64,000 bases of DNA, taken from positions 124,001 through 188,000 of IMG/VR virus record IMGVR_UViG_3300042340_000379, one strand, 5' to 3'. Below are positions 28,503 to 38,700 of the stretch, piece after piece; position 1 is the first letter of the stretch, and every line of letters begins with the position of its first letter. The position numbers and the translations under genes are program-made. Below the pieces are notes generated by a model that worked only from the letters and a program-made list of their open reading frames with translations, had not been told where the DNA came from and did not search any database.

Positions 28503-29924
28503 CTAAGCCAATTTCCCAGTAGGCTTCTGAGCAGTTTTAGGCCGTGCGGTCTGCAAAGGTTTCGATACCCCAGTAGGCCGACCGGCTCCCTTCACTTCTT
28601 TGTAAAGCACTTTCTTAATAAACTCGGTGTCGCCTTTATCGTGCGGGCGATCCAAAGCGCGAACCATCTGCCGAACCATTTGGTGATCAGACGCGTTGTT
28701 CGGGTTGAAATAACCTTTGTCGGTCATGCCGCTTACAACCTGCATCATAGCCACTCTATCTTCAGCTCGATCGCTATATATACGAGAGAATGAAGCGGGA
28801 TGCCTGGCTGACTCGCGGTTAAAGTTGTATTGAATTAAACGCCCAAACGCCTGGCGGGCAATCGGCATCATGAACAGATTTCTGTAATGCTCAAGGTTGC
28901 CGTAGTAAAGTTCCATCCTGCGCTCAACCCCAGCTTCGTTATTGTTGAGTTCATTAGTAATTAGGAACGGGGGAATACCAAGAGGAAGCATTTCTTGTTC
29001 ACTCACGTATCGAATCGAGTCAATAAAGATAGAACCGATGTTGTTGCCTGGGGTTAAAGAACCAACATCAGGCTTGTTTGTCCCATCTTGCTGTGGCAAA
29101 AACAGCATGTTGCCGCTTGAGTCCAGGTTCTGAATAGTCTCTTGAAATACTTCCTGAGTTGTAAGAGTTCTTTCTTCTCCAGTAGAAGGATCAATCGCTG
29201 TTCGACTAGTAGGGTAAACCGGCATTTTTACATACAGAAGCGGGTTGCCGTACCGGTCAAGTGCCGAGGCCATCATATCAACCAGGGCGTCTTTCAGCCG
29301 ATGCCATTTATAGCAAGGCGCAACCGCTGAGTAACCATAGTAGTTACCAAACGCCGCGTTGTTCGCAATATATATGGTCTTCCAAAAAGACAAGCTTTGC
29401 TCAGGCTTAAATCGATTAGGAGTTTGATAGATACCAGATTTCCAGTAGCCACCAGCTGTCTCCTTACCTTCAGTCAACATCCCATTTTTATCAGGACGGA
29501 TGACAATTGTGTTGGGCTGGTAGGTAACTAACCCATCTAGAGAAAGCGTACCAAACTTTAGGTCATACAAATTCTCGCTAACAGAGAAGCCAGCCCAAAG
29601 CGTAGTAAATATAATCTGGTATAAAACTTCATGCCACTCTTGGTTAGTGCCATCTTGGAGAGTTTGAATATTAAAATTCAGAAACTCTTGGATTTCAGGG
29701 TCTGGATGGTGAACCGGGCCCACAGTTGAAAGAATAGATTTCACCATCATATTCAAAGCTGTAAACAGAATGGTGTCTTGATAGACCATCTGCTCATACG
29801 TTTTCAGCTTTTGCATAGACGGGCGCAGGGTAGCGATCGGCATCGAACCCTGCTGACTAAAATGTCCTCGAGCCTGTCGTTTAGACTCGAACCGCTTATC
29901 TGTTACATAAAGAGATTGGGGCAC
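28503..29924 (-). CDS. Portal protein (Mu gp29 / DUF935-like)
   Basis: YEQM..D, TLWAGFSVSE.LY, FGNYYGYSAV..CYK.H..K, LDRYGNP motifs; 473 aa. Confidence 0.85.
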   Translation of the reverse strand: MPQSLYVTDKRFESKRQARGHFSQQGSMPIATLRPSMQKLKTYEQMVYQDTILFTALNMMVKSILSTVGPVHHPDPEIQEFLNFNIQTLQDGTNQEWHEVLYQIIFTTLWAGFSVSENLYDLKFGTLSLDGLVTYQPNTIVIRPDKNGMLTEGKETAGGYWKSGIYQTPNRFKPEQSLSFWKTIYIANNAAFGNYYGYSAVAPCYKWHRLKDALVDMMASALDRYGNPLLYVKMPVYPTSRTAIDPSTGEERTLTTQEVFQETIQNLDSSGNMLFLPQQDGTNKPDVGSLTPGNNIGSIFIDSIRYVSEQEMLPLGIPPFLITNELNNNEAGVERRMELYYGNLEHYRNLFMMPIARQAFGRLIQYNFNRESARHPASFSRIYSDRAEDRVAMMQVVSGMTDKGYFNPNNASDHQMVRQMVRALDRPHDKGDTEFIKKVLYKEVKGAGRPTGVSKPLQTARPKTAQKPTGKLA

Positions 29925-30194
29925 TTAGAGAACGCCAGCTTTAAATAGCTCTTCTTGAAGTTTGTAGCCTTCGAGCAGCCACATTTGGTCTTCTACTTTT
30001 TTCCTGGCAACTCTACGGCCAATCTCAAGATTGAAATTGGATGGGTCAACACAAGAGCCGCTGCCCTCTAAAGTAAAACCATTCTTCAGCTTGTAGGACA
30101 CAACCAAGCATTTGCCCCAGAAGACATGCTCTTCAGTTTCCGCTTCATCCAATAGCTTTGCAATTTGGTCTAGAGTGACCCGGTTCTGACTCAT
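29925..30194 (-). CDS. N4 gp49 / Sf6 gp66 family protein (possible Acb4-like nucleotide sponge)
   Basis: LKNGFTLEGSGSCVDPSNFNLEIGRRVA...QMWLLEGYKLQE family signature. Confidence 0.8.
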   Translation of the reverse strand: MSQNRVTLDQIAKLLDEAETEEHVFWGKCLVVSYKLKNGFTLEGSGSCVDPSNFNLEIGRRVARKKVEDQMWLLEGYKLQEELFKAGVL

Positions 30195-30261
30195 GTCTCT
30201 AATCCTAGAGTGTGCGCAATTCTGATTAAACTACCCAAGCACCCCGTTAAGGTGCTCAGGT

Positions 30262-30798
30262 TTAGAAAAAGCGTGAGGTTGAAGAAGTGGGCGCTTGAGG
30301 GAATTGAAGCTTAGAATTCTGCTCCATACGCTGCATTTCCATCTTGCGCTCGGCCTGGCGATTATGCGATTCTCGCTCGCGAACGATGTTTTCCACCTCA
30401 TGCGCAATCGCCTTTTTGAGCATGTCGTCTAAACCGTGCCTTTCAAACCAAGGGTCTTTACCTAACCAATCTTGTACAGGAATTGGTACAAGTTGGTTTA
30501 TGGCTAGCCAAGATGAAAAGTCATACTTTTTAGCAACTCGCTTGATATCATCTTGAGACTGGTTGTATTCGTCAAAAATCTGCTGCTCGGTAAGTCTGTA
30601 CCTAACACGGTCGAAAAACTCAAACAGCTCAAGAGGGTCAAGCCTTCCAACTAATTCATAGAACACATCAACAAGTTCTGTTCTATGAATGGGGAAGTTC
30701 TCTAGGAAACGATGGCCTTGCGGGATGCAAGGCTCATAGTATCCTCGGTCAACTCGCTGGCGACGGCGGATGATTTGGGCTTGAGTTCGCCACCGAGC
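30262..30798 (-). CDS. -1 frameshift extension (GT form) of the tail assembly chaperone
   Basis: The -1 frame is open from the heptamer at 30804-30798 into track ORF 30262..30666. Confidence 0.75.
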   Translation of the reverse strand, partial: ARWRTQAQIIRRRQRVDRGYYEPCIPQGHRFLENFPIHRTELVDVFYELVGRLDPLELFEFFDRVRYRLTEQQIFDEYNQSQDDIKRVAKKYDFSSWLAINQLVPIPVQDWLGKDPWFERHGLDDMLKKAIAHEVENIVRERESHNRQAERKMEMQRMEQNSKLQFPQAPTSSTSRFF

Positions 30799-31484
30799 TT
30801 TTTTGCATCATCCATGTCTGACTCATCAATAGTAAACATATTGATAAAGACGGTCGCTGCAAACTGAACGTCAGCAATGTCCCATTCATCAAGAACTGAG
30901 ATGACATCTTTAGGATGCTCTACTGGTACATCGTTTACAGCCGAGAGGCAGTAAGCCAAAAGAAACTCTTCAAGGCTGCAGCCCATTTCAGCCATGCCGG
31001 TGTACTTTTGGTCAGCAGCAAACTGAACGCCAGTAGAAGGAGTACGAAACTCAATCGAGAGATTTGGACTAGGAAAGCGCCCTTTAGGAATACGGTAAGT
31101 AGGCTGGTACTGCTTGGTAAGATTCTCAGCAATTGCTTTAGCAGCTTTAGCCTGATCTTTTGACATAAAGAAAGCTTCAGTAATCGCCACAGTTAGAAAC
31201 TGGCGGTCACGAATCGGGAAAGGCTCAAGCCGATCAACCATGTCGCGAGGCTGAGCGTCCAAAGGCTGGTCGTTGATTTCCTGCATACTCTGAGCTAGCA
31301 TTAGCTCTTCTACAGAGTATGGGTTGCGATCACGCTCAGGGTAAAGACGGCGGGCGCTGCGATAGGTGCCGTAAGTCGGCTCGTTAAAAGAGATAGAATA
31401 CTGCTTAGAAGGAAGCTTTTCTGCTGCAATGCGGATCATAAGCTTTTTATTAGGAACAATCTCATTCTCACTTTTATTAATCAA
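30702..31484 (-). CDS. Tail assembly chaperone (G form), two internally duplicated domains
   Basis: Repeats SISFNEPT..SVEELMLA..INDQP..IRDRQF and SIEFRTPS..SLEEFLLA..VNDVP..IADVQF; slippery A AAA AAG near the 3' end. Confidence 0.7.
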   Translation of the reverse strand: MINKSENEIVPNKKLMIRIAAEKLPSKQYSISFNEPTYGTYRSARRLYPERDRNPYSVEELMLAQSMQEINDQPLDAQPRDMVDRLEPFPIRDRQFLTVAITEAFFMSKDQAKAAKAIAENLTKQYQPTYRIPKGRFPSPNLSIEFRTPSTGVQFAADQKYTGMAEMGCSLEEFLLAYCLSAVNDVPVEHPKDVISVLDEWDIADVQFAATVFINMFTIDESDMDDAKKLGGELKPKSSAVASELTEDTMSLASRKAIVS

Positions 31485-31499
31485 GCAAAGTGGTCAATT

Positions 31500-32141
31500 A
31501 TGCAAAAGCTCATTTTTACTTTAATTTTAAGGTTAGGTTTGCTAGGAGCTGTACTTAGCGCGGGATTTCTCCTAGCTTTAGGCAAACTACCTGGCAAGAA
31601 TCAGCTAGCCGAGTTTGTGTTCTCAGATAAAGTTGATGTCGATGTGCGCGAGATTAAGCTGTCTGAGATCCAAGCAGTTGCTAAACTTATAACCGCTGAG
31701 CAAGATTACGAGGTTAATATTCCTCTGCGCTCAGACCGGGAAGTTTTAGGAACGGTTGTGGGTAGTACCAAGCTTATTTACATCGCAAGGGGAACCGTCT
31801 CTGCTGGAGTAGACTTAAGCAAAGTGACTATTAAGGATATTGAGAACACACCTGAAGGATTAGTCTTAAACCTACCCGCTCCAAAAATTCTCGAAACAGA
31901 ACTGGATGTATTTAAGTCTGCAGTGTTCGGGGAAAGCAAAAGTGTCTTTGGGCCTGACGTACTTGATAAGCTAGTCGTTCAGGGTCAACAAGAAGGAAAG
32001 ATTGCCATTATGGAGCAAGCTTGTAATAGCAACCTTCTCCTAGAAGCCGCCCAGAATGCTGAAAAGAGCCTGGCCGCAATTATCAAAGTTAACATACCTA
32101 ACGGTGATTGCTGGCAGGCTGAACAGACAAAAATGTCGTAA
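31500..32141 (+). CDS. DUF4230-like membrane-anchored protein
   Basis: N-terminal hydrophobic helix; YIARGTVSAGVDLSKV...LNLPAPKIL signature. Confidence 0.75.
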   Translation: MQKLIFTLILRLGLLGAVLSAGFLLALGKLPGKNQLAEFVFSDKVDVDVREIKLSEIQAVAKLITAEQDYEVNIPLRSDREVLGTVVGSTKLIYIARGTVSAGVDLSKVTIKDIENTPEGLVLNLPAPKILETELDVFKSAVFGESKSVFGPDVLDKLVVQGQQEGKIAIMEQACNSNLLLEAAQNAEKSLAAIIKVNIPNGDCWQAEQTKMS

Positions 32142-32175
32142 AGTAGTAGGGTAATCCTAAAGCTTCTATAACGTC

Positions 32176-32403
32176 ATGCTAGCCTATAAAAAAAGAGACA
32201 TTATCACTTATCAGTCTTTAGTCCTAATTATGTTAGGTCTAATTATAGCTTTGGCTTCCATTGGCTCTGTTACAATGGGGACACTCTCAAGTCGTATTGA
32301 TATTCTTGAAAAGAAAGTGGATGCTCAAGCTGATCAGCAAATAGAGCAGAAAGCTAAGTCAGAAGCGATTACTAGAGAACTCACCATCCTTGAGAATAAC
32401 TAG
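32176..32403 (+). CDS. Small membrane protein (single TM plus coiled coil)
   Basis: LVLIMLGLIIALASIG followed by heptad-rich tail. Confidence 0.55.
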   Translation: MLAYKKRDIITYQSLVLIMLGLIIALASIGSVTMGTLSSRIDILEKKVDAQADQQIEQKAKSEAITRELTILENN

Positions 32404-32404
32404 C

Positions 32405-32725
32405 ATGCAAAAGCTAATGAGAAAGCTTTTCCATCTTGGCCCTCCTGAATCGCTCATCGAAAACGTAAGCGTAAACTTTGATTCTCATCCAACTCTACCC
32501 GGCATGTTAGAGGTAGAAATTACAATCAGAGCTGTAGTCAGCCCGCATATCCTCAAGCATAAACTAACTAGTGTTGCTTTTGGCCCTAAAGGAAAACTAG
32601 AACAGTTTCTCCGTCTGGCCATGCCCTATGTCAACAGCGGAGAGAATTTAGAGGAGGTTCTTAATTTTGCCAATAAGCTTATCTCTAAAAACAAGCCGCA
32701 GAATCCTGGGACGGCTAAAAGCTAA
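32405..32725 (+). CDS. Hypothetical protein
   Basis: ATG right after the previous stop; 106 aa. Confidence 0.55.
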   Translation: MQKLMRKLFHLGPPESLIENVSVNFDSHPTLPGMLEVEITIRAVVSPHILKHKLTSVAFGPKGKLEQFLRLAMPYVNSGENLEEVLNFANKLISKNKPQNPGTAKS

Positions 32726-32771
32726 GCGATTTGAGCACATTGACAAATTAAGTTTCTACTAGTCTGATGGG

Positions 32772-35700
32772 ATGGATCCCCTCTTCCCAGAATTAGACCC
32801 GGCTTTAATTGATAACCAGAACTCCGAAGTTCGAGAGCAAATCAGACGGTTAGAAAAATCAACCCCTGAAGATATTGCTCGCCAAGAGTTAACCACCCCT
32901 GACCTTAACTCCATAGGGATTAGTCGGGGGTTTAGACTTCACTACGGAGAAGTATCCGATCGCCCTGGCACACGCTACAACATGCTAGGGCAAAAGATCT
33001 ACGAACCACCGACTCTAGCAATGGAGTCTCAAGTTGGATTTTATGAGCCGGTCAGCGTTCGCGCCAACGTTTCTCTAGACCAATCCCTACAAGTTAGAGC
33101 TGTTAATGCAATCGACTCTATTAACTATGGACGTTCTGTATTAACTGGGCAGCAGCGAACTGTAACGAGTGGCTTAAACACTATGTTTGGGCGGCAGTTT
33201 AGAAGTTTAATGTATGACCAGCAAGTAAGAGCTGCCGGTCTTATGGGGTTAAGCCGAGAAGACACCCGCGCTCTTTTAGGAGAACCTGCAGTTAGAGAAG
33301 GGCTTTATCAAGACGCTGGCTTTAGAACACCCAGCCTTGAATCGATTATGGAGAATATGGGCACCGGGATGCCTAGCGCTGAACGCATCAGTGACATAAA
33401 TAGAATGGGCTTCTACGCCGATCGCTATGCAGATCCTGAGAGCGTTCAGAAACTTTATCGAGAAGTCAACCAACTAAAAAATGCCCTTGGCGATGGAATC
33501 AAATCTGTAGAAAAGCGCTATGCATACCGAAAAGTTAACGGCATGTACGAAAAAGTCCTTGTTGGCTTAAAGGTTGGAGTAAGAAATTACAATGACCTTT
33601 TTGACGGAATGGGTCTCTACAGCGGAACCAGCGCTCCTGCTGTTGAAAGAGAAACTGCTTTTAACTTTACTGTTGACTCTAAGGGCCAAGTAATTGAACT
33701 TAATACTAATAGGGTAATTAGTGGTTCGCTTATGGCCCTTGGGCCGTCCAGCATTTCTACTATTGTGGGTTCCTCTCTTATTGGAGGAGAAGGTCGCCGC
33801 CAAAGTAGTTCGGCTACAGCGCTGGGCCTTTTAGCTACTTACGCCAGGTCATCAGAGCTTGAAGCTCGGCACGGTGTTGTAGATGGTGTGTTTAACACCA
33901 TGATCGCACAAGGAGAATATGGTGCTCTTGGAAGAGTCTTTGCAGAAGCTCTTGTGTCTCGTAATGAGAAGTATGTCGCCAGCCGGGGCTTAAAATTTGG
34001 CGAAGTTGCTGGCCAAATGCTCAGCTCCGTCGGCCATAAAGATTTTAAGAAAGGTATTCATGAACTAATTGAGAGTATTTCCTATCGCGGTCTTGAGTAC
34101 TATTCCAGTCTCCATACTGTATTTAAGGAAAGCTTTGATGAAAACACAGCCCGCATGGAGCTGTTTAGAAACCGGCAGTCTCTTCTTACAGCTGCCTTTG
34201 ACCCTCTTCTAAATTACACGGGTGGGGAAGGCTCCAGATTTGATGGGTTAATTGACACCACAATGAAGCGGGTAGTTGACCTAATTCAATCTGATAGCAG
34301 TACCCAGCGGTTAAAAATTGCAGGTCAGGATGTAGACATTTCTCTATTTGATGACTTAAAAGTTGCGGCTTTAAACATGAGCCCAACAGGTCGAAGTGCT
34401 TACGACTTAAGAAAGAGTCAAGTCAGCCGCTCGATTCTGCAACTTATGATGTCGCCATTCCTAATGCCGCATGAGTCAGGCTACTCAGGGTCTCAGTCTT
34501 CCTCCCGCCTTGGATTGTTTGCCATGTCGGAAACTAGGGGTCAGCGGGGTATGTACGAGCTTTTTGCCATAAGCCCGTCAAAGCATACCCACGGAATGAA
34601 GAGCACAAAGCCTGGTGAGTACTACAAACCTATTGGCTCACAGAGCGCTAAAAGCTCTGTTATGAAATATATTGGCGGATTTTATAAATTTGACGACACT
34701 GCTGCTAAAGTAGCTGAGTTTTATGAGACAAAGACTTTATTTGCAGGTATGCCCTCATTAAAGCGTGCCAAGCTTGATGACATTCAGATTCACATGCAAA
34801 AAGCTGGATATAAAAGTTCTCGAGAGATTATCGAGAAGTATCGAGCAGAGATGCAGCTAAAAGAGGATAAAGATATTGAAGTTCTACTCATGCCATTTAG
34901 AAAGCCTGAGCAGATCTCCCAACGTCTTAAAAACTTGGTAGGGGGTAGACCCATGCTAGAAATAGCAACGGGTCTTCGCCGCGCAGTGATGAGCCAGAGT
35001 GGGCAGCAACTTCGAAGTTATTTCTCTGGAGGAGACTATGGCGTTTCCCTTGATGTGGGGAAAGCGTTAAGCGGCAACATTCCTGCCGCGCTAAATGACA
35101 TCCAGTATCAGCAGATGGAGCAAGAGAGATCGCGCATTATTGCTGAACTGGGTCTAGATGAAAAGAAAATAACGCCGAGACAGCAATCAGAGTTATCTCG
35201 TTTGCTAACCTCTCGTATGCGGGAAATTGAAACTCAGTTTAATGAAGGCGGCGGGTACATTCAAGGTAAAGCCGCTCGCTTAACCATGGTGGGCATGGGC
35301 GTGAACATGCTCTCTGACTTTATGCTCGTCAACCAGGAGTACGTCAACAACACAGCTTTTGGCTATCTACATCATTCCAAGTTTCGAGTTTCAGCTACTC
35401 AAAACGTTCGGTATGAAGGAGTGGGGCGAGTTACAGAAGCTGACCCTTATTTTGACTGGAAGACTAATCGCCTGGCGGAGGTGTTTAAAGCTGGTACCTC
35501 TATCTATCTATCACCTACCCCTCTAAAAAATGAGAGGGCAATGGAGATTCTTAAAAAGACCGCGCAAAGCATGAGGTCTGAGTTTCTTGCTCGAGGCATT
35601 AGCAAACGAGAGAGTGACGCGCAAGTAAGGCGCACGCTTCAAAGCAACTTCAAATTTTTAGAGAGCGTAGACATCAAAGATGGAGAAGTCACCAACGCAA

Positions 35701-38700
35701 CGATGCGGGCGGGTGCGTACTCGTTTGATGGGAATGATATGCGGTTCCAAGGTGAATTGGTTGGTTCCTCCCTCCGTCTTGGAATGCTGCCCACAAATAA
35801 TCGTCAGAGGTTAGGTGAGACTGGATTAAGCGGGGCGACTTCACTTGACTTCTTCGATGTAAAAATCCCCGGTGTAATCCGCTCAGTGTCTAAAGGCTTA
35901 GTTACGGTAGCCAATGACATAAACTTTGCTCCTTCTAGTGGGGGATATGAAGCAGACATTAATTTTCTGGTAACTTCAGATATTCCAAGTGGCTCTAGAT
36001 CCTCTTCTCTTACAAAAGGCCCTTGGTCTATGTATGAAAGTGAATCATTTTGGGCACGCGCTCGAGAGCAGGCTATTCAACATAGTTTTGTTTCTAAGCA
36101 AACAGCTCAAGAAGGGGTGTTTGGAATCTTAAGCCCAACCGCGTTTAAGGGTTACAACTACGAAGCTGGCTTAGATATTCTTAGGGATGCTGAATCTCGA
36201 CGGGATCTGCTAGCTATTCCTGCTGACCAAACTGCTTTTCTACTTGGTATAGCCTTTATGGAAAAAGGCGAGAAAGGCCAGCGGTTAAAAGCGGCTATGC
36301 GTGAGTATGCTAAAACTCAAAGCTTAGGCTCATCTGTCGGTCTTCTATTAGAAGATGTTAACTCGGGGTCTAGCATTGAAAAAATGCGGAATTTAATGCT
36401 CTCCACGCCTGACATTATTGAGTTTGCTGGGGGACAAAGCCTAGACCAAATGGGAGACTACCTTGCTCAACGATTTGAGACAGGAGACTTCGACCCGATT
36501 AAAAAGAGCTTAAACCGCATTGTTGGAAAAGCTCTGGACAAGTCTGTTCAAATGGAGCAGTATGTTGAAGGGCAGTCTAGTCTAGTTAGAACTTTCCAAG
36601 AAGGAGATTTTAGCGTTAGAAGTGCCGGTTTAGTTGCTGATGTACTCAATACAACTCGCCAATTAATTTATGGTGGCATGACTGTAGGTGATGACCCCCT
36701 CCAAGGATATGCTCTTGTAGACAAAGAGAAGGGCGCTCGAGTCGATCGCTTTATTGAAGATAAAGACTTCCGAGCCGCAACTTTAGATATAGCACAAAAG
36801 ATGGGAGTTAGAAGTCTGCTTCCTTCCCAGCTTAAGTTAGAGGGAGCCCTAAGCAGCCTTAAAGAAGGAGACGAACTCTACTCTCAAGTAGAGTCAATGC
36901 TCTATTTAATGCATGGTCATTTTAGTACTTCTCCTTTAGTAGCTCGCGCTTCAAATATGCTACCTAGCAGAATCCTAGTAGCCGCTGGTTCAGAAGATGC
37001 CGTAGCTCTAGAATTTCATTACTCTCTCAACTTAAGCAAGCGAGAGTTTGGCATGTTGCGCGGAACAGGCGTGGACATAGAGAAGTTTACAGACTTACAA
37101 GCCGCTTATGGCGTTGTGGCTACTCACGGCTCAGCCAACAGTACCTCTCGAATGATGCAAGTTATCAGCCCGTTTAGTACTGATAAGACTCAAGCAGGCG
37201 TGGCTAAAACAATGTCCCGTCTTATCGAGGGTTACAACGACTTTAGCGGCAAGTTCAAATTCTTAGGCAGCGTTGGAAATCTCAGCCTTCTTGATGAAGT
37301 TGTTCGGTCAATGGTGACTGGAAAGACCGATCGCACGCTACAGCTAATGGCTAGCTATGACTTAGCTAACAGAGCGCTTCGTCATCAAAAAGGTTTAGGG
37401 CAATTTACTGAGCAGACGGTAATGAACGTCGCCGGGGCCTTTAACCCAGGAAGCCTTGATTTAGACAGTGCTTCATTTAGTCAATTGGCCGACCTGGCTA
37501 ACATTTATGGGGTAAAAGGAAATACTAAAGAAGAGCTAGCCAAAGGGTTACGAGAAACTGGGCCAATACTTGGCAGAGGTATTCCCTACTATGGGCCTTC
37601 AAGAAATCCGTTCGAGATTAAGCGGATGGCAATGGCTCGGGCTGTTATTGACTTATCTAAACGACAAAAACAAAAAGGGCACGGCTCCCTAGTCTTTGGA
37701 GTCACTTCAGATAATGAAGATGTCAGAGACATCATGAAACGGGAGCGACTAAGCGCTTATGGATTTGGCTACTCAGACTTTAGGCAAGCTCTTGATTTAG
37801 TAAGTGATACTCAAACAGGGCGTCTTCTTTCTGACGGGAATGGCGACAAAGATCACGTTCAAAGAATTGCGGGGCGGCTGCAAGATCATGACCGCTCAGT
37901 AGAACTTATGATGGAAAAAGCGGCGGGCACCTCAGACACAGAGTCTTTTGTGGATGTTCTATATAAAGTAGTCTCTGGTGCTCAGCAAGTTATTGAAAAT
38001 ACTGAACGAGGTTCTGATGATTATAAGCGGGCCGAACGCTTAAGAAGTGAGGTCTATCAAACCAAGTCTCTTTTGATGCCTTTTGTTCAAACAGCTCGGG
38101 ATGGGTCGAAAGGAATCATTAGTCTGTATGACCCAACAGAAATGGGCGGTCAGTTACGATTCACCGGAACACCTGCCATTCGCTTGGGTCTTGATGTTCT
38201 GTCTAAAGTCCCCGCCCAGTTTGAGGATCACATTTCTGAGGTTGTAGATCGGCAGCGGCAGATATGGGAGATTCTCCCTGAATTCCAAAGCATTATGGAT
38301 AGGCTCACAACCGGGCCCATCATGGATGCTAACTTAGGTGAGATTTCTGTCATTGAAGAGATGCAGCGCCTGGCTATTCAAAGCCAAGAGGATGCCGCGC
38401 TTCTCTTTGGTAGCGTTATGGCCCAACGATCGCAAGGGGAGAAAATTAAGTACCCTGGCGTTTCCTTTGTTGCAGTAGCTGATTATCTAGCTACTCCTAT
38501 GGAAGCTTTTGTTGGTAGCCGGGTTATGGGAACTGGCTTAGACCAAGTTGTCCGAGATGCCCAAGCTAGCCTAAATGGAGAAGAGCGGAGAAACAATCGA
38601 TGGGAAGCAGAGAGAGAAAGGCTTCTAAAGCGAGCGGTTACTCATAGCCAATCAACTGAAAAATCAGTCCAGAATAAATTTAAGCTGGCCCAGCGTCGGC

